From assembly GCA_963842525.1 (NCBI GenBank), contig CAWJGT010000027.1, forward strand, positions 1 through 64,000: a stretch of 64,000 nucleotides of DNA. Reading direction: 5' to 3'. Below the pieces are notes generated by a model. That model was given only the letters and a program-made list of their open reading frames with translations. It did no database searches and was not told where the DNA came from. Positions 28,838-38,228 of this stretch are shown here, piece by piece (position 1 is the stretch's first letter; each line of letters begins with the position of its first letter). Made by a program: the position numbers and the translations under genes. This stretch comes from an uncultured Holophagales bacterium. Lineage in GTDB: Bacteria > Acidobacteriota > Thermoanaerobaculia > Multivoradales > UBA5704.

Positions 28838-30592
28838 ATGAACGCACATCGACATCTCCTGGCCGCCTCCCTGGGGCTCGTCCTCCTGCTGAGCGCGGGG
28901 GCCGCCGCCCACTCCCAGGGCACGCAGAAGAAACCGCAGACGCCCCCCAAGCCCCAGGCCAGCGCGGCAGAGAGCGAAGACCAGGGGTTCTTCGTCGACA
29001 CGGTCAACGTCAGCGTCGTCAACGTCGACGTCTACGTGACCGACAAGAAGGGGAACCGGATCAACGGCCTGACCCAGGACGACTTCGAGATTTTCGAGGA
29101 CGGCCGGCCGGTGGCGATCACCAATTTCTTTGCTGTCCAGGACGGCAAGGCCGTGTCCCCGCAGGCCGAGGAGGCCGCGGAGCCGGCGCCGTCCACACCG
29201 GGAGCGCCGGCGCCTCCCCCGGGCACGGAGCGGCCCAAGGTCCCCGAAGACCAGCGGCTGCGGCTCGTGGTCTACATCGACAACTTCAACATCCACCCCT
29301 TCAACCGCAACCGGGTGATGGGGGAGATCCGGGCGTTCCTCAACCAGCACCTGTCGCGCGACGACCAGGTCATGCTGGTGTCCTACGACCGGTCGCTCCA
29401 CATCCGCAACCGCTTCACCAGCGATCCCGGCATCATCGCGGCGGGGCTGACCGAGCTGGAGAAGGTCTCCGGGCACGCCGTCCACCACGACTCCGAGCGC
29501 CGCGACGTCCTCAACAGGATCGAGGATTCGCGCAACGTCAACGAAGCCCTGAGCTACGCCCGCACCTACGCCCAGTCGACCTACAACGACCTGGCGTTCA
29601 GCATCGACGGGCTCAAGCAGCTCGTCGATTCGCTCGCCGGGCTGCCCGGGCGCAAAGCGGTCCTCTACGTCAGCGACGGCCTGCCGATGATCGCCGGCCA
29701 GGACGTCTTCTATGCCGTCCAGAGCAAGTACAGCGACCAGAGCACGGGGCTGACCGAGCAGTTCGAGTTCGACACCTCGCGCCGCTTCAACGAGCTGACC
29801 GCCCAGGCCAACGCCAACCGCATCACCTTCTACACGATCGACGCGGCGGGCCTGCGGGTCTACTCCTCGGTCTCGGCCGAGAACCAGTCGGCGGGGCAGG
29901 GGGTCTACATCGACTCGGTCCAGATCTCCAACCTGCAGAGCACGCTCCAGACCCTGGCCGAGAAGACCGGCGGCGTCGCCATCATCAACGCCAACCGGGT
30001 CATGCCGCAACTGGAGAGGATCGCCCGCGACTTCAACAGCTACTACTCGCTGGGCTATTCGCCGGTCCACAGCGGCGACGGGCGGTACCACAAGATCGAG
30101 GTGAAGCTGAAGCAGCGCACCAAGGGGCTGCTGGTGCGGCACCGCGAGGGCTACCGCGACAAGAACACCGAGGCCCGCATGTCCGACGGCACGCTCGCCG
30201 CGCTCAACTTCGCGGTCGAGAACAACCCGCTCGGCGTCGAGCTCGAGCTGGGCCAGCCCACACGCCGCGAGGACGGCTTTTACCTGCTGCCGGTGGTGGT
30301 CCGCATCCCGATCGGCAAGCTGGTGCTGGTGCCGCGCGACGGCAAGCACGAAGCGCGGGTGCGGCTGTTCATCGCCGCCATCGACGGCTCGGGCAACACC
30401 TCGGACGTGCAGCAGGTGCCCGTGCCGATCAGCATCCCCGAAGCGGACCTGGCCACCGCGACCCGCAAGAGCTACACCTATTCGGTGAGCCTGCTGATGC
30501 GCAGCGGCAACCAGAAGGTCGCCGTCGGGGTGCGGGACGACATCGCCGCCGAGGCGTCGTTCGTCACCCGGGAGCTGCGCGTAGGACCCTAG
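28838..30592 (+). CDS. VWA-related Acidobacterial domain protein (paralog 4)
   Basis: VSVVNVDVYVTD; LPGRKAVLYVSDG; YYSLGY. Confidence 0.88.
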   Translation: MNAHRHLLAASLGLVLLLSAGAAAHSQGTQKKPQTPPKPQASAAESEDQGFFVDTVNVSVVNVDVYVTDKKGNRINGLTQDDFEIFEDGRPVAITNFFAVQDGKAVSPQAEEAAEPAPSTPGAPAPPPGTERPKVPEDQRLRLVVYIDNFNIHPFNRNRVMGEIRAFLNQHLSRDDQVMLVSYDRSLHIRNRFTSDPGIIAAGLTELEKVSGHAVHHDSERRDVLNRIEDSRNVNEALSYARTYAQSTYNDLAFSIDGLKQLVDSLAGLPGRKAVLYVSDGLPMIAGQDVFYAVQSKYSDQSTGLTEQFEFDTSRRFNELTAQANANRITFYTIDAAGLRVYSSVSAENQSAGQGVYIDSVQISNLQSTLQTLAEKTGGVAIINANRVMPQLERIARDFNSYYSLGYSPVHSGDGRYHKIEVKLKQRTKGLLVRHREGYRDKNTEARMSDGTLAALNFAVENNPLGVELELGQPTRREDGFYLLPVVVRIPIGKLVLVPRDGKHEARVRLFIAAIDGSGNTSDVQQVPVPISIPEADLATATRKSYTYSVSLLMRSGNQKVAVGVRDDIAAEASFVTRELRVGP

Positions 30593-30689
30593 ACGGGCTT
30601 CCCGAAGAGCTGTCAGCCGTGTCATCCTGAGGGAAGCGCGGGCCTGGGAGAGGAGGAGACGCATGGTAAGGCAACGGGAGGAGGAAGGG

Positions 30690-31133
30690 ATGGCCGGGTG
30701 GATCCAGATGTTTCGTGGCTTGGGAGAGTCGCTGATCGAGGTCCTGCGGGCCGAGGTGGCGACTCTCCAGGACGACCTCAACCGCTCCGGCCGGAACCTG
30801 GGCCAGGCTCTGGCCTTCCTGGGCGCCGCCCTCGTCCTTCTCTTCTGGATCGTCGGCCTGCTGGTCTTCGCCGCCATCGCCGTGCTTCATATCTGGCTGC
30901 AGCTCTGGGCCGCGGCCCTGATCGTCCTGGCGCTCTTCCTCCTCGTCACCGGCATCCTCTGCTGGATCGGGATGCGGCACATGAAGCAGGTCGAGAACCC
31001 CATGCAGACCGTGCGGCGGCGGGTGGACGACCATCTCGACTGGTGGCAGCACCACCTGCTGCGTGAGACCAAGACCGTGGACGTCACGGACGCGGCCGGC
31101 GGCGAGCCGGCGGGGGAGGGAGACCTGCCATGA
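30690..31133 (+). CDS. Phage holin superfamily III/YqjE-like membrane protein (chromosomal)
   Basis: L(R)AEV motif then two TMs; paired with small downstream gene. Confidence 0.7.
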   Translation: MAGWIQMFRGLGESLIEVLRAEVATLQDDLNRSGRNLGQALAFLGAALVLLFWIVGLLVFAAIAVLHIWLQLWAAALIVLALFLLVTGILCWIGMRHMKQVENPMQTVRRRVDDHLDWWQHHLLRETKTVDVTDAAGGEPAGEGDLP

Positions 31134-31354
31134 GCAATCGACTGGAAGAGGCCCGCCGCGAGGCCGAGCTGCGGCTCGAGCAGAGCCGGCGGGATGCCGA
31201 GATGCGGCTCGCCGAGGTGCGCACCGCGATCCATACCGAGGTCGGCTTCGCGCCCAAGCGCAAGTACCTGGCCCTCCTGCTCGCCGCCGGCGCCGGCGGT
31301 CTCGCCCTGGCCCTGCGCAAGGGCCGCAAGAAGCGCAAGAAGCTGAAGGGCTGA
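31130..31354 (+). CDS. Small coiled-coil + TM protein
   Basis: ATGA overlap; C-terminal TM and basic tail. Confidence 0.7.
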   Translation: MSNRLEEARREAELRLEQSRRDAEMRLAEVRTAIHTEVGFAPKRKYLALLLAAGAGGLALALRKGRKKRKKLKG

Positions 31355-31421
31355 GGCTCCGCCTGCACCGGATTTTCCGGTGTGGGCAGATCCCATAAGG
31401 AGATTGGAACGGGGCTCCGGC

Positions 31422-31622
31422 TCAGTCGGCGGCGGCGACAGGGCGCTTGAAGACCATGGCGATGTTGTCCGTCGCACCGGTCTTGAAGTTCACGGATGTG
31501 ATCGAGACGAGCTCCCACCCATCCTCACCCAACTGGTTCAACTGCGTAAAGGAATTTGGGTCGAGGCGATAGTTCTCACTCCGGATGTTGATGATCTTGT
31601 ACTCCCACTTGGTCATTTCCAC
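31422..31622 (-). CDS. DUF4177 domain protein
   Basis: KWEYK..LNQLGEDGWELVS..FKRP. Confidence 0.85.
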   Translation of the reverse strand: MEMTKWEYKIINIRSENYRLDPNSFTQLNQLGEDGWELVSITSVNFKTGATDNIAMVFKRPVAAAD

Positions 31623-31727
31623 ACGCTCCTTCCCAAAGATCGATCAGGTCCCCAAGCCTCGAACGTCTCATTGTAGCCTGTTCCGGTGCAAGGTGTCACC
31701 GGACGTCACATCCGCCGACTGCACGGC

Positions 31728-32513
31728 TCACCAGACGATCCGGACAGGATCGCCCCGGCTCACCTTCCAGCGGGATGCAAGATCTTCGCCGTTGACCGAA
31801 ATCTCGACCGTGCCGAGAGATCCGGGCAGGACCGCGGCCTCTCCGGGAGGCATTTCGGCATAGTGGCTGGCGCGGTGCCGGGTGCTATGGAAGCCCACCT
31901 CGGCCAGCAGGGGACCGTCCGGAAGCCAGCGCGCCGGGATGTCGGTCACCAGGTTGCCATAGCGGTCGACATGGGCCACCCGGCCGGCGATCTGGCGGCC
32001 GTCCCGCCGCGGCGGCTCGATCTCCAGGCGCTGCGGATCATGGATCTCCGGCCCCAACGCCTTGGCAGGCTCGCCGCGCAGCAGCCAGGCCGCCACCGGC
32101 GCGAAGCGGTCGCGGCCATGGAACGTCTGGCCCGGCCCCTGGAGGAAGAGGTCGCTCCGCTCAACCGAGCGGACCGGCAAGGCCGCCGGCAGGAGGTGCG
32201 TCAACAGGCCATTGTCCGGCGCCACCAGCCAGCTCGGCGGGTCGGACGGATTTTCTGAAGGGACGGCCGCCACCAGGATCCGCCGGCTGCTGCCCACGCC
32301 CGGATCGACCACGGCCAGATGGACCGTCCCGGCCGGAAAGCTCGAAAAGGCCGCCGCCAGCAGGAAGGCGCCGGTCTCGACGTCGCCGGCCGGCACCAGG
32401 TGGGAGACGTCGACCACCTGGGTGTCCGGAGCAAGCCGCAGGACCGTCCCCTTGACCGCGGCGACGTAGTAGTCCTCCAGCCCGAAGTCGGTGAGAAAAG
32501 TAAGGACCGGCAT
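31728..32513 (-). CDS. SAM-dependent chlorinase/fluorinase family (DUF62) protein
   Basis: LTDFG, VVDPGVG, APDNG, TFHGRD, DRYGN. Confidence 0.92.
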   Translation of the reverse strand: MPVLTFLTDFGLEDYYVAAVKGTVLRLAPDTQVVDVSHLVPAGDVETGAFLLAAAFSSFPAGTVHLAVVDPGVGSSRRILVAAVPSENPSDPPSWLVAPDNGLLTHLLPAALPVRSVERSDLFLQGPGQTFHGRDRFAPVAAWLLRGEPAKALGPEIHDPQRLEIEPPRRDGRQIAGRVAHVDRYGNLVTDIPARWLPDGPLLAEVGFHSTRHRASHYAEMPPGEAAVLPGSLGTVEISVNGEDLASRWKVSRGDPVRIVW

Positions 32514-32589
32514 AGGAGGGGTGCGGTGCCCGCGTCTACTTTATCCCACCCGGCCGAGCCCTCTCCCCCTGGCCCCGGCGAGGTACTGG

Positions 32590-32811
32590 CTACTGCCATG
32601 GCGGAGCGCAGTTGTACCAGACGGCGCAGCACGAGCCCCCGTACCCCTCGACGCAGTGGAAGTACGTCACATAGCTGTAGGAGCACCAGCGCTCGACATC
32701 CTGCTGGGCCTGTTCGCAGCAGCCCACACTGCAGTCGGCGGCTGCCGGACGTGGGGTCATGGCCAGGAGACAGAGCGCCAGACAAAGGACGAGACAAGCG
32801 AATCTCTTCAT
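32590..32811 (-). CDS. Small secreted Cys-rich peptide
   Basis: Signal peptide ending AAA; 48-aa mature part with 8 Cys. Confidence 0.7.
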   Translation of the reverse strand: MKRFACLVLCLALCLLAMTPRPAAADCSVGCCEQAQQDVERWCSYSYVTYFHCVEGYGGSCCAVWYNCAPPWQ

Positions 32812-32946
32812 GATCTCTCCTTCCCTTCGAAATGAGGCCACCTCCACTCTGGAGGGCCTCGAAGCGAAACCGCCTTCTAAAGACGAAGGTGCTGAAGGGG
32901 GCTCCTGCCGGGCCGGCTCCCCGGCGCCGCGCTACAATCCCGCCTC

Positions 32947-33604
32947 GTGCCGAGCCGACGCCTCCTCCTCTTCACCAAGCCGGCCCGCGAGGGGCGGGTC
33001 AAGACGCGGTTGATCGGGGATTTGAGCCCGGCCCAGGCCGCTGCGCTGCATGCGGCGTTCCTGGACGACCTCCTGGACCGTCTGCAGCCGGGGAGCTTCG
33101 AGCTGCGCCTCGCCTGGGCCCTCGATCCGGAGGAGGAGGTGCCGGCGGGGCCGCTTCCTGGCCTCCGCCAGCTTGGCGACGACCTGGGCGAGAGACTCTA
33201 CCGGGCGCTCTCGACGGCGGCTGTTGACGCTTCCGAGGTGGCAGCCGTGGGAAGCGACCATCCGTCGCTGCCGCTGGAGCTGGTCCACCGCGCTTTCGAG
33301 CTGCTGGAAGAGGGAGCGGATGTGGTGCTCGGGCCGGCTGAGGACGGGGGGTATTATCTGATCGCGCTACGCGCTGATGCGGTCTTGACGCGGTTGTTTG
33401 AAGGGATTGCCTGGAGCACGGACCAGGTCTTCCCGGAGACGCTGGCCCGCTGCCGCGAGTTGGGGTTGCGGCTCGAGCTGCTGCCGGAGGCCTCGGACGT
33501 GGACACGCCGGACGACCTCCGCCGGCTCGCGGCGCGGATGGGGGCGGGCGACCTGGGCTGTCCGCGCACCCGCGAGCTGCTGCGCACCTGGGGGATCGTC
33601 ATGA
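32947..33604 (+). CDS. DUF2064/TIGR04282-type glycosyltransferase-like protein
   Basis: GRVKTRL, DLGERL, GSDHP, GPAEDGGYYLI, DVDT. Confidence 0.88.
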
Positions 33605-35182
33605 GAGTGCTGACGGCTGAGGCGATGCGCGCGGTGGACCGCGCCGCCATCGAGGGGCTGGGGATTCCCAGCCTGGTGCTGATGGAGAACGCCGCGATCG
33701 GCGTGGTGGACGCCATCGCCGAGGCCTCGGGAAGGATCGGCGAGGCCGTATCGGCGGCCATCTTCTGCGGTCCCGGCAACAACGGAGGCGACGGCCTGGC
33801 GATCGCCCGGCACCTCGCGGTGCGCGGCTACGAGGTGCGGGTCTTCCTGGTGACCGGCGGGAAGGAGCTGAGCGGCGACGCCCGGGCGCAGCTCGGCATC
33901 TGCCGCAAGCAGGGCCTGCCGATCGAGGAGATCGCGTCCTCGGATGACGTCCTGGAGGCTTGGCCGCCGGCGCAGGAGCTCGACCTGGTGATCGACGCCC
34001 TGTTCGGCACGGGGCTGGCGCGTCCTCTCGAAAGGGTTCTGGGCCGAGCTGGTCGAGGGGATCAACGACTTGCCGGTCCCCTGCGTGGCGGTCGATCTCC
34101 CGAGCGGCCTGAACGGCAGCCGGCACGAGCCCCTGGGACCGCACGTGCGGGCCAATCTCACAGTGACCTTCGCCGCCCCGAAGGTGGCCCACATCCTGCG
34201 GCCGGCAGCCGGCGCGGTCGGCGAGCTGGTGATCACCGACCTGGGCATCCCGCCGCGCCTGGTCGACGAGGTCGACGAGCCGGAAGGCCGCCTCAACCTG
34301 CTGGTGGGGGAGGAGCTGGCTCTCCTCCTGCCGCCGCGGGAAAAGGCCGGACACAAGGGGGATTACGGGCATGCCCTGCTCCTGGCGGGCTCGCCGGGCA
34401 AGGCCGGAGCCGCGATCCTGGCCGCCCGCGCGGCGGTCCGGGCCGGGAGCCGGCCTGGTGACGGTCGCCGTGCCGGAGCCGATCCTCGCCGGGGTCGACC
34501 TGGGATCGATCGAATCCATGACCCTGGGGCTCCCGGCCGGAAGCTCGGGCGAGATCAACGGCGAGGCCGTGGCATACGTGCTCGCCGCGGCGGAAGGCAA
34601 GGCCGTCCTGGGGCTCGGGCCCGGTCTGGGCCAGGGGACCGGGACCGCGGAGGTGGTCCGCCTACATCGTGCTGAGTGCGAATCTTCCGCTGGTGATCGA
34701 CGCCGACGCCATCAACGCCTTCGCCGGTCACGCCGGAGAATTGGCGGGCCGTTCTGCTGAGACGGTGCTGACGCCGCACCCCGGCGAGCTCGGACGGCTG
34801 CTGGGGATCTCGACCTCCGAGGTCCAGGCCGACCGGGTGGCCGCGGCCCGGCGGGCAGCCGAGGAGACCGGCGCGATCGTGGTCCTCAAGGGAGACCAGA
34901 CCCTGATCGCCATCGCCCGGCCGGGAGGTCTGGATCAACCCGACCGGCAATCCCGGCATGGCGACCGGCGGCAGCGGCGACGTGCTGACCGGCCTCCTCA
35001 CCGGCCTCGCCGCGCAACGGCGTGCCCATAGCCTGGAGTTGCTGGACGCAACGCTCCTCGCGGTGTACCTTCACGGCCTGGCGGGAGACCTGGCGGTGGA
35101 GAAGAAGGGGAACCGAGGCCTCGCCGCTGGGGATCTGGTGGATTTCCTGCCAGCGGCTTTCGCCGGTATCGATTTCGCGTGA
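33601..35182 (+). CDS. nnr: Bifunctional NAD(P)HX epimerase/dehydratase (multiple frameshifts)
   Basis: LMENAA, GPGNNGGDG, DALFGTG, HKGDYG, GPGLG, DADA, TPHPGE, ATGGSGDVL spread across about 4 frame changes. Confidence 0.9.
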
Positions 35183-35185
35183 CTT

Positions 35186-35675
35186 TGGATGCCTTTCCAG
35201 GACTTCTGGATCGGTTCCACGTAATTCTGGACGCGTTCCAAAATTTCTGGATCGATTCCAAATTTTCTGTACCGGTTCCAAAAAACCTGGAGGGCTTCCC
35301 AAATTTTCTGGACCGGTTCCACGGAGCTCTGGACGCGTTCCAAATTTTCTGGACGCCTACCAAATTTTCTGTACCGGTTCCAAAAAATCTGGGAAGCCTT
35401 CCAAATTTTCTGGACCGGTTCCACGGAACTGTGGACGCGTTCCAAATTTTCTGGATCGATTCCAAAAAACCCGAAGGCCTTTCCAAAATTTCTGGATCGG
35501 TTCCACGGAATCTGGAACGCCTTCCAAAATTTCTGAATCGATGCAGCGTGACTCTGGATGCGTTCCAAAATTTCTGGACGGGTTCCAGGTGACTCTGGAT
35601 GCCTGCCAAATTTTCTGCAGCGGTTCCACGTGACCCTGGGCGCGTTCCAACGGACCGGTCCACGGACCGGTTCCC
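35186..35675. repeat. Degenerate tandem array of 20/21-bp TTCCA-N5/6-TCTGGA units
   Basis: Over 20 units, e.g. ttccaaaatttctggatcgg / ttccacgtaattctggacgcg; AT-richer than flanks. Confidence 0.85.
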
Positions 35676-35897
35676 TGACCAGTCCGCTACCACGAGCCTA
35701 CCGGGTGCAAACAGTCGGGGCGTCTCCCCACGGCGGCTGGTCTACCACAGCCGACGCCACAGGTATGAAATCCGGGCAGGGGAACATTGTTGTGCTACGG
35801 CGTGCTATCGGCGTTGGTGGTAGCTGAGGCCATGAGACGCCCCGACTGTGTGCACCCGGTCAGCGCAGTGCCGACGGACTGGGGCGTCTCTAGAATT

Positions 35898-38228
35898 CTA
35901 CCCGGCCGCCCCGATTTCCCGGATCCAACGGGCAAACAGGGGCACTGCCACCCGCCAGCCTTCGCCACCCTGCCGGATGAGCTGCTCCCGGGCGAGATCC
36001 CGGCGTGCCTGGCTGATCTCATCGGCCCCGGTCGCCGCCGTCAGTTCCTCGCCCCGGGCCAGCGCCGCAATCAGCCCCTTCTCGATGGCGGTGAAATCAT
36101 CCCACAGATTCTGGAAGAGGTTGTTCTCCTCCAGCGCCCGGTCCAGGGCGGCGGTGAGATCGTCATCGGTGGCCTTCAGCCGACCGGCGTCGTTGAGGCG
36201 CCGGGTCAGATCGTAGGCTGTGAGCTGAAGGAGGTAGGGGTGGCAGGCAGTCTCGGCGAGGAGGCGCTCGACTCCACCCGGCGGGTAGATGTCCGGAAAG
36301 CCCTCGACCGGCCGGGTCAGCAGCGCCCGGGCATCCTGCTCGGCCAGCGGCTCGATGCGCCGGGTCTGGGCGCTGATCAGCCGGTCCGACCAGTGCGGCC
36401 CGAGTCGGGAGAAGGGATGTGCGGTGACTAGCAGGAAGCGGCTACGGCGAAGGCGGTCACCGGCGGCGCGCAGGAAATCGAGAAAGGCCGGGTCGCTCCA
36501 CCCCTCCTTGATGCCCCTCTCCAGCCCTTCCACCTCATCCAGGGCGATGAGCAGCCGCCGGCCCGAGGCGGCGAGCGGCTCTTCGAGGGTGGAGAGCCAG
36601 TCGAGGGTGGCACTCCAGAGGGCCTCTTGCGGCGGCCAGGAAGCTGCCTTGACGCCCATATTGGCAAGCGCCGCCGCCACCTGCGCTGCTACCCAGCGGT
36701 GTGGCGCTCCCCGTAGCGGGTTTCCGGAAAGACCCTGGAAATCGAGGAGTACTATGCGGGTGCCAGTGCCCAGCAGGCGAGGGAAGAAGTTAAGCAGAGT
36801 CGACTTGCCCATTCTCCGCTGTCCCAGCAGCACCAGCGGAACTGGCCTCTCGGCGGCCAAGTCCTGATCTAGAAGGCGGGCCAGGTCGGTCCGGCCAACG
36901 AAGAGGCTCTCGTCGGCCGGCGTGAGAGGCACACCAGCGACGAAGACGAGGGGGACCTGGGGATGCTCCCGTTCCAGAAGCGCCAGCGCTTCCTCCTCAT
37001 CCGCCACCCGGTCGAGCCACCGCTTGAGCACACGTAGGAAGGGCCGCTCGTCCCTGGTCAGGTGGTGGGTGGCGGTGAGGCGGTCGAAGTTCCGCTCCAG
37101 CTTCTTCCTTGCACGGGCGAGCGCTTGGCGGCGTTGGTGCTGGTTGCCGGTGGAACGGGCCGCTTCGAGATCCTGGGCGGCAGCGGCAATCGAATCGACG
37201 GTATCCAGGTAGGATCCCAGGAAGGGACTTCTCCAAGCTCCCCTCCCCTGTAGGAACGGTAAGGCCAGGGCGGTGGCACTGGCGTACCTCCTCTCCCGGG
37301 CCGCCCGCTCCAGGGAGCGCGCTTGGAGTTCCACCAACGCCTGCCGGGCCGGTCCCTTTTGCCCCGGCGAAGCGGCAGCTTCGGTTAAAGCCTGGCGGCC
37401 TTCGGCCGGGTACTCTTCTCCTAGCCGAACCAGGAAGCTGACCAGGAAGGGAAGAGGGAGGTAGATGAGATCGTGGTGGCGGTACGGGAGATAGGAGGCG
37501 ACGTGGCGAAGGGAGGCAGGGCGGAGACGTGCAGCCAGGAGGAGGATAGCGGTAAGGGTCAGCTCTGCTGGATAGACGGGCAGTCGGATAAAAACCAGCA
37601 GGAAAGTAATACCGAAGGCAACACCTCCTGTAATGCCTTCAGCAACGGCTCCAACGATCGCTCCATCAATGGCTCCAACAACGATTCCAACAACGGCTCC
37701 AACTATTCCAAAAACACCTTCAGCGTCGCCGTAAGCGACTCCTTCGACAATGCCTCCACCAACGGCGGCAGCAATGCCGGCCGCAACACCGATAGCGATG
37801 CCTCCGGCAGTCCCTTCGGCAATGCCTTGAACGATAGCGATGGAAACGCCGGAAAAAATGCCGAGAGCGATGCCTCCGGCAAGACCTTCCGCAATGCCTA
37901 TAGCAATACCGATAGCGATAGCTCCAGAACCGCCGATAGCAATGCTTTCCCAGTTAACAGGCCGGTTCGATAGGGCAAGCCAACCGGCGGTCGTGCTCAC
38001 TTGCGTTGCCAGCAGTAGCCATCCGCCAAGCCGCGCCACCAGCGCCCAGACCACCGGATCCTTTGCCCTCAGCCTCGCCCTCAGCTTCCAGAGAGAGGGA
38101 TCGTACGCCAAACCCCAGTCCTCCAACAGCCTATGTAGGGTCAGCGGCTGCATGAAGAGTAGCCAGCCAAGGCGCCAGAAGCCGGGGACCGGCGGCGGTG
38201 CATCCTCCTCGTGCAGCGCATCAGCCAT
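35898..38228 (-). CDS. Membrane-anchored STAND-class P-loop ATPase with Gly-rich hydrophobic repeats
   Basis: GIAxGIA repeats; FVGR, GQRRMGKST, IALDE, HPYLLQL, C-terminal winged-helix-like end. Confidence 0.85.
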   Translation of the reverse strand: MADALHEEDAPPPVPGFWRLGWLLFMQPLTLHRLLEDWGLAYDPSLWKLRARLRAKDPVVWALVARLGGWLLLATQVSTTAGWLALSNRPVNWESIAIGGSGAIAIGIAIGIAEGLAGGIALGIFSGVSIAIVQGIAEGTAGGIAIGVAAGIAAAVGGGIVEGVAYGDAEGVFGIVGAVVGIVVGAIDGAIVGAVAEGITGGVAFGITFLLVFIRLPVYPAELTLTAILLLAARLRPASLRHVASYLPYRHHDLIYLPLPFLVSFLVRLGEEYPAEGRQALTEAAASPGQKGPARQALVELQARSLERAARERRYASATALALPFLQGRGAWRSPFLGSYLDTVDSIAAAAQDLEAARSTGNQHQRRQALARARKKLERNFDRLTATHHLTRDERPFLRVLKRWLDRVADEEEALALLEREHPQVPLVFVAGVPLTPADESLFVGRTDLARLLDQDLAAERPVPLVLLGQRRMGKSTLLNFFPRLLGTGTRIVLLDFQGLSGNPLRGAPHRWVAAQVAAALANMGVKAASWPPQEALWSATLDWLSTLEEPLAASGRRLLIALDEVEGLERGIKEGWSDPAFLDFLRAAGDRLRRSRFLLVTAHPFSRLGPHWSDRLISAQTRRIEPLAEQDARALLTRPVEGFPDIYPPGGVERLLAETACHPYLLQLTAYDLTRRLNDAGRLKATDDDLTAALDRALEENNLFQNLWDDFTAIEKGLIAALARGEELTAATGADEISQARRDLAREQLIRQGGEGWRVAVPLFARWIREIGAAG

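Noticed and set aside
30690-31354. Holin as a sign of a prophage
   Set aside because: This family is commonly chromosomal; no endolysin or phage genes nearby
31728-32513. Halogenase natural-product cluster
   Set aside because: Stand-alone DUF62 member with no biosynthetic neighbours; usually a SAM hydrolase
32947-34461. DUF2064-Nnr fusion
   Set aside because: G-run just before an ATGA overlap at 33601-33604 indicates two coupled genes with an indel
35186-35675. Possible CRISPR array
   Set aside because: No constant repeat with unique spacers and no cas genes; the same applies to the 33-bp and 84-bp arrays
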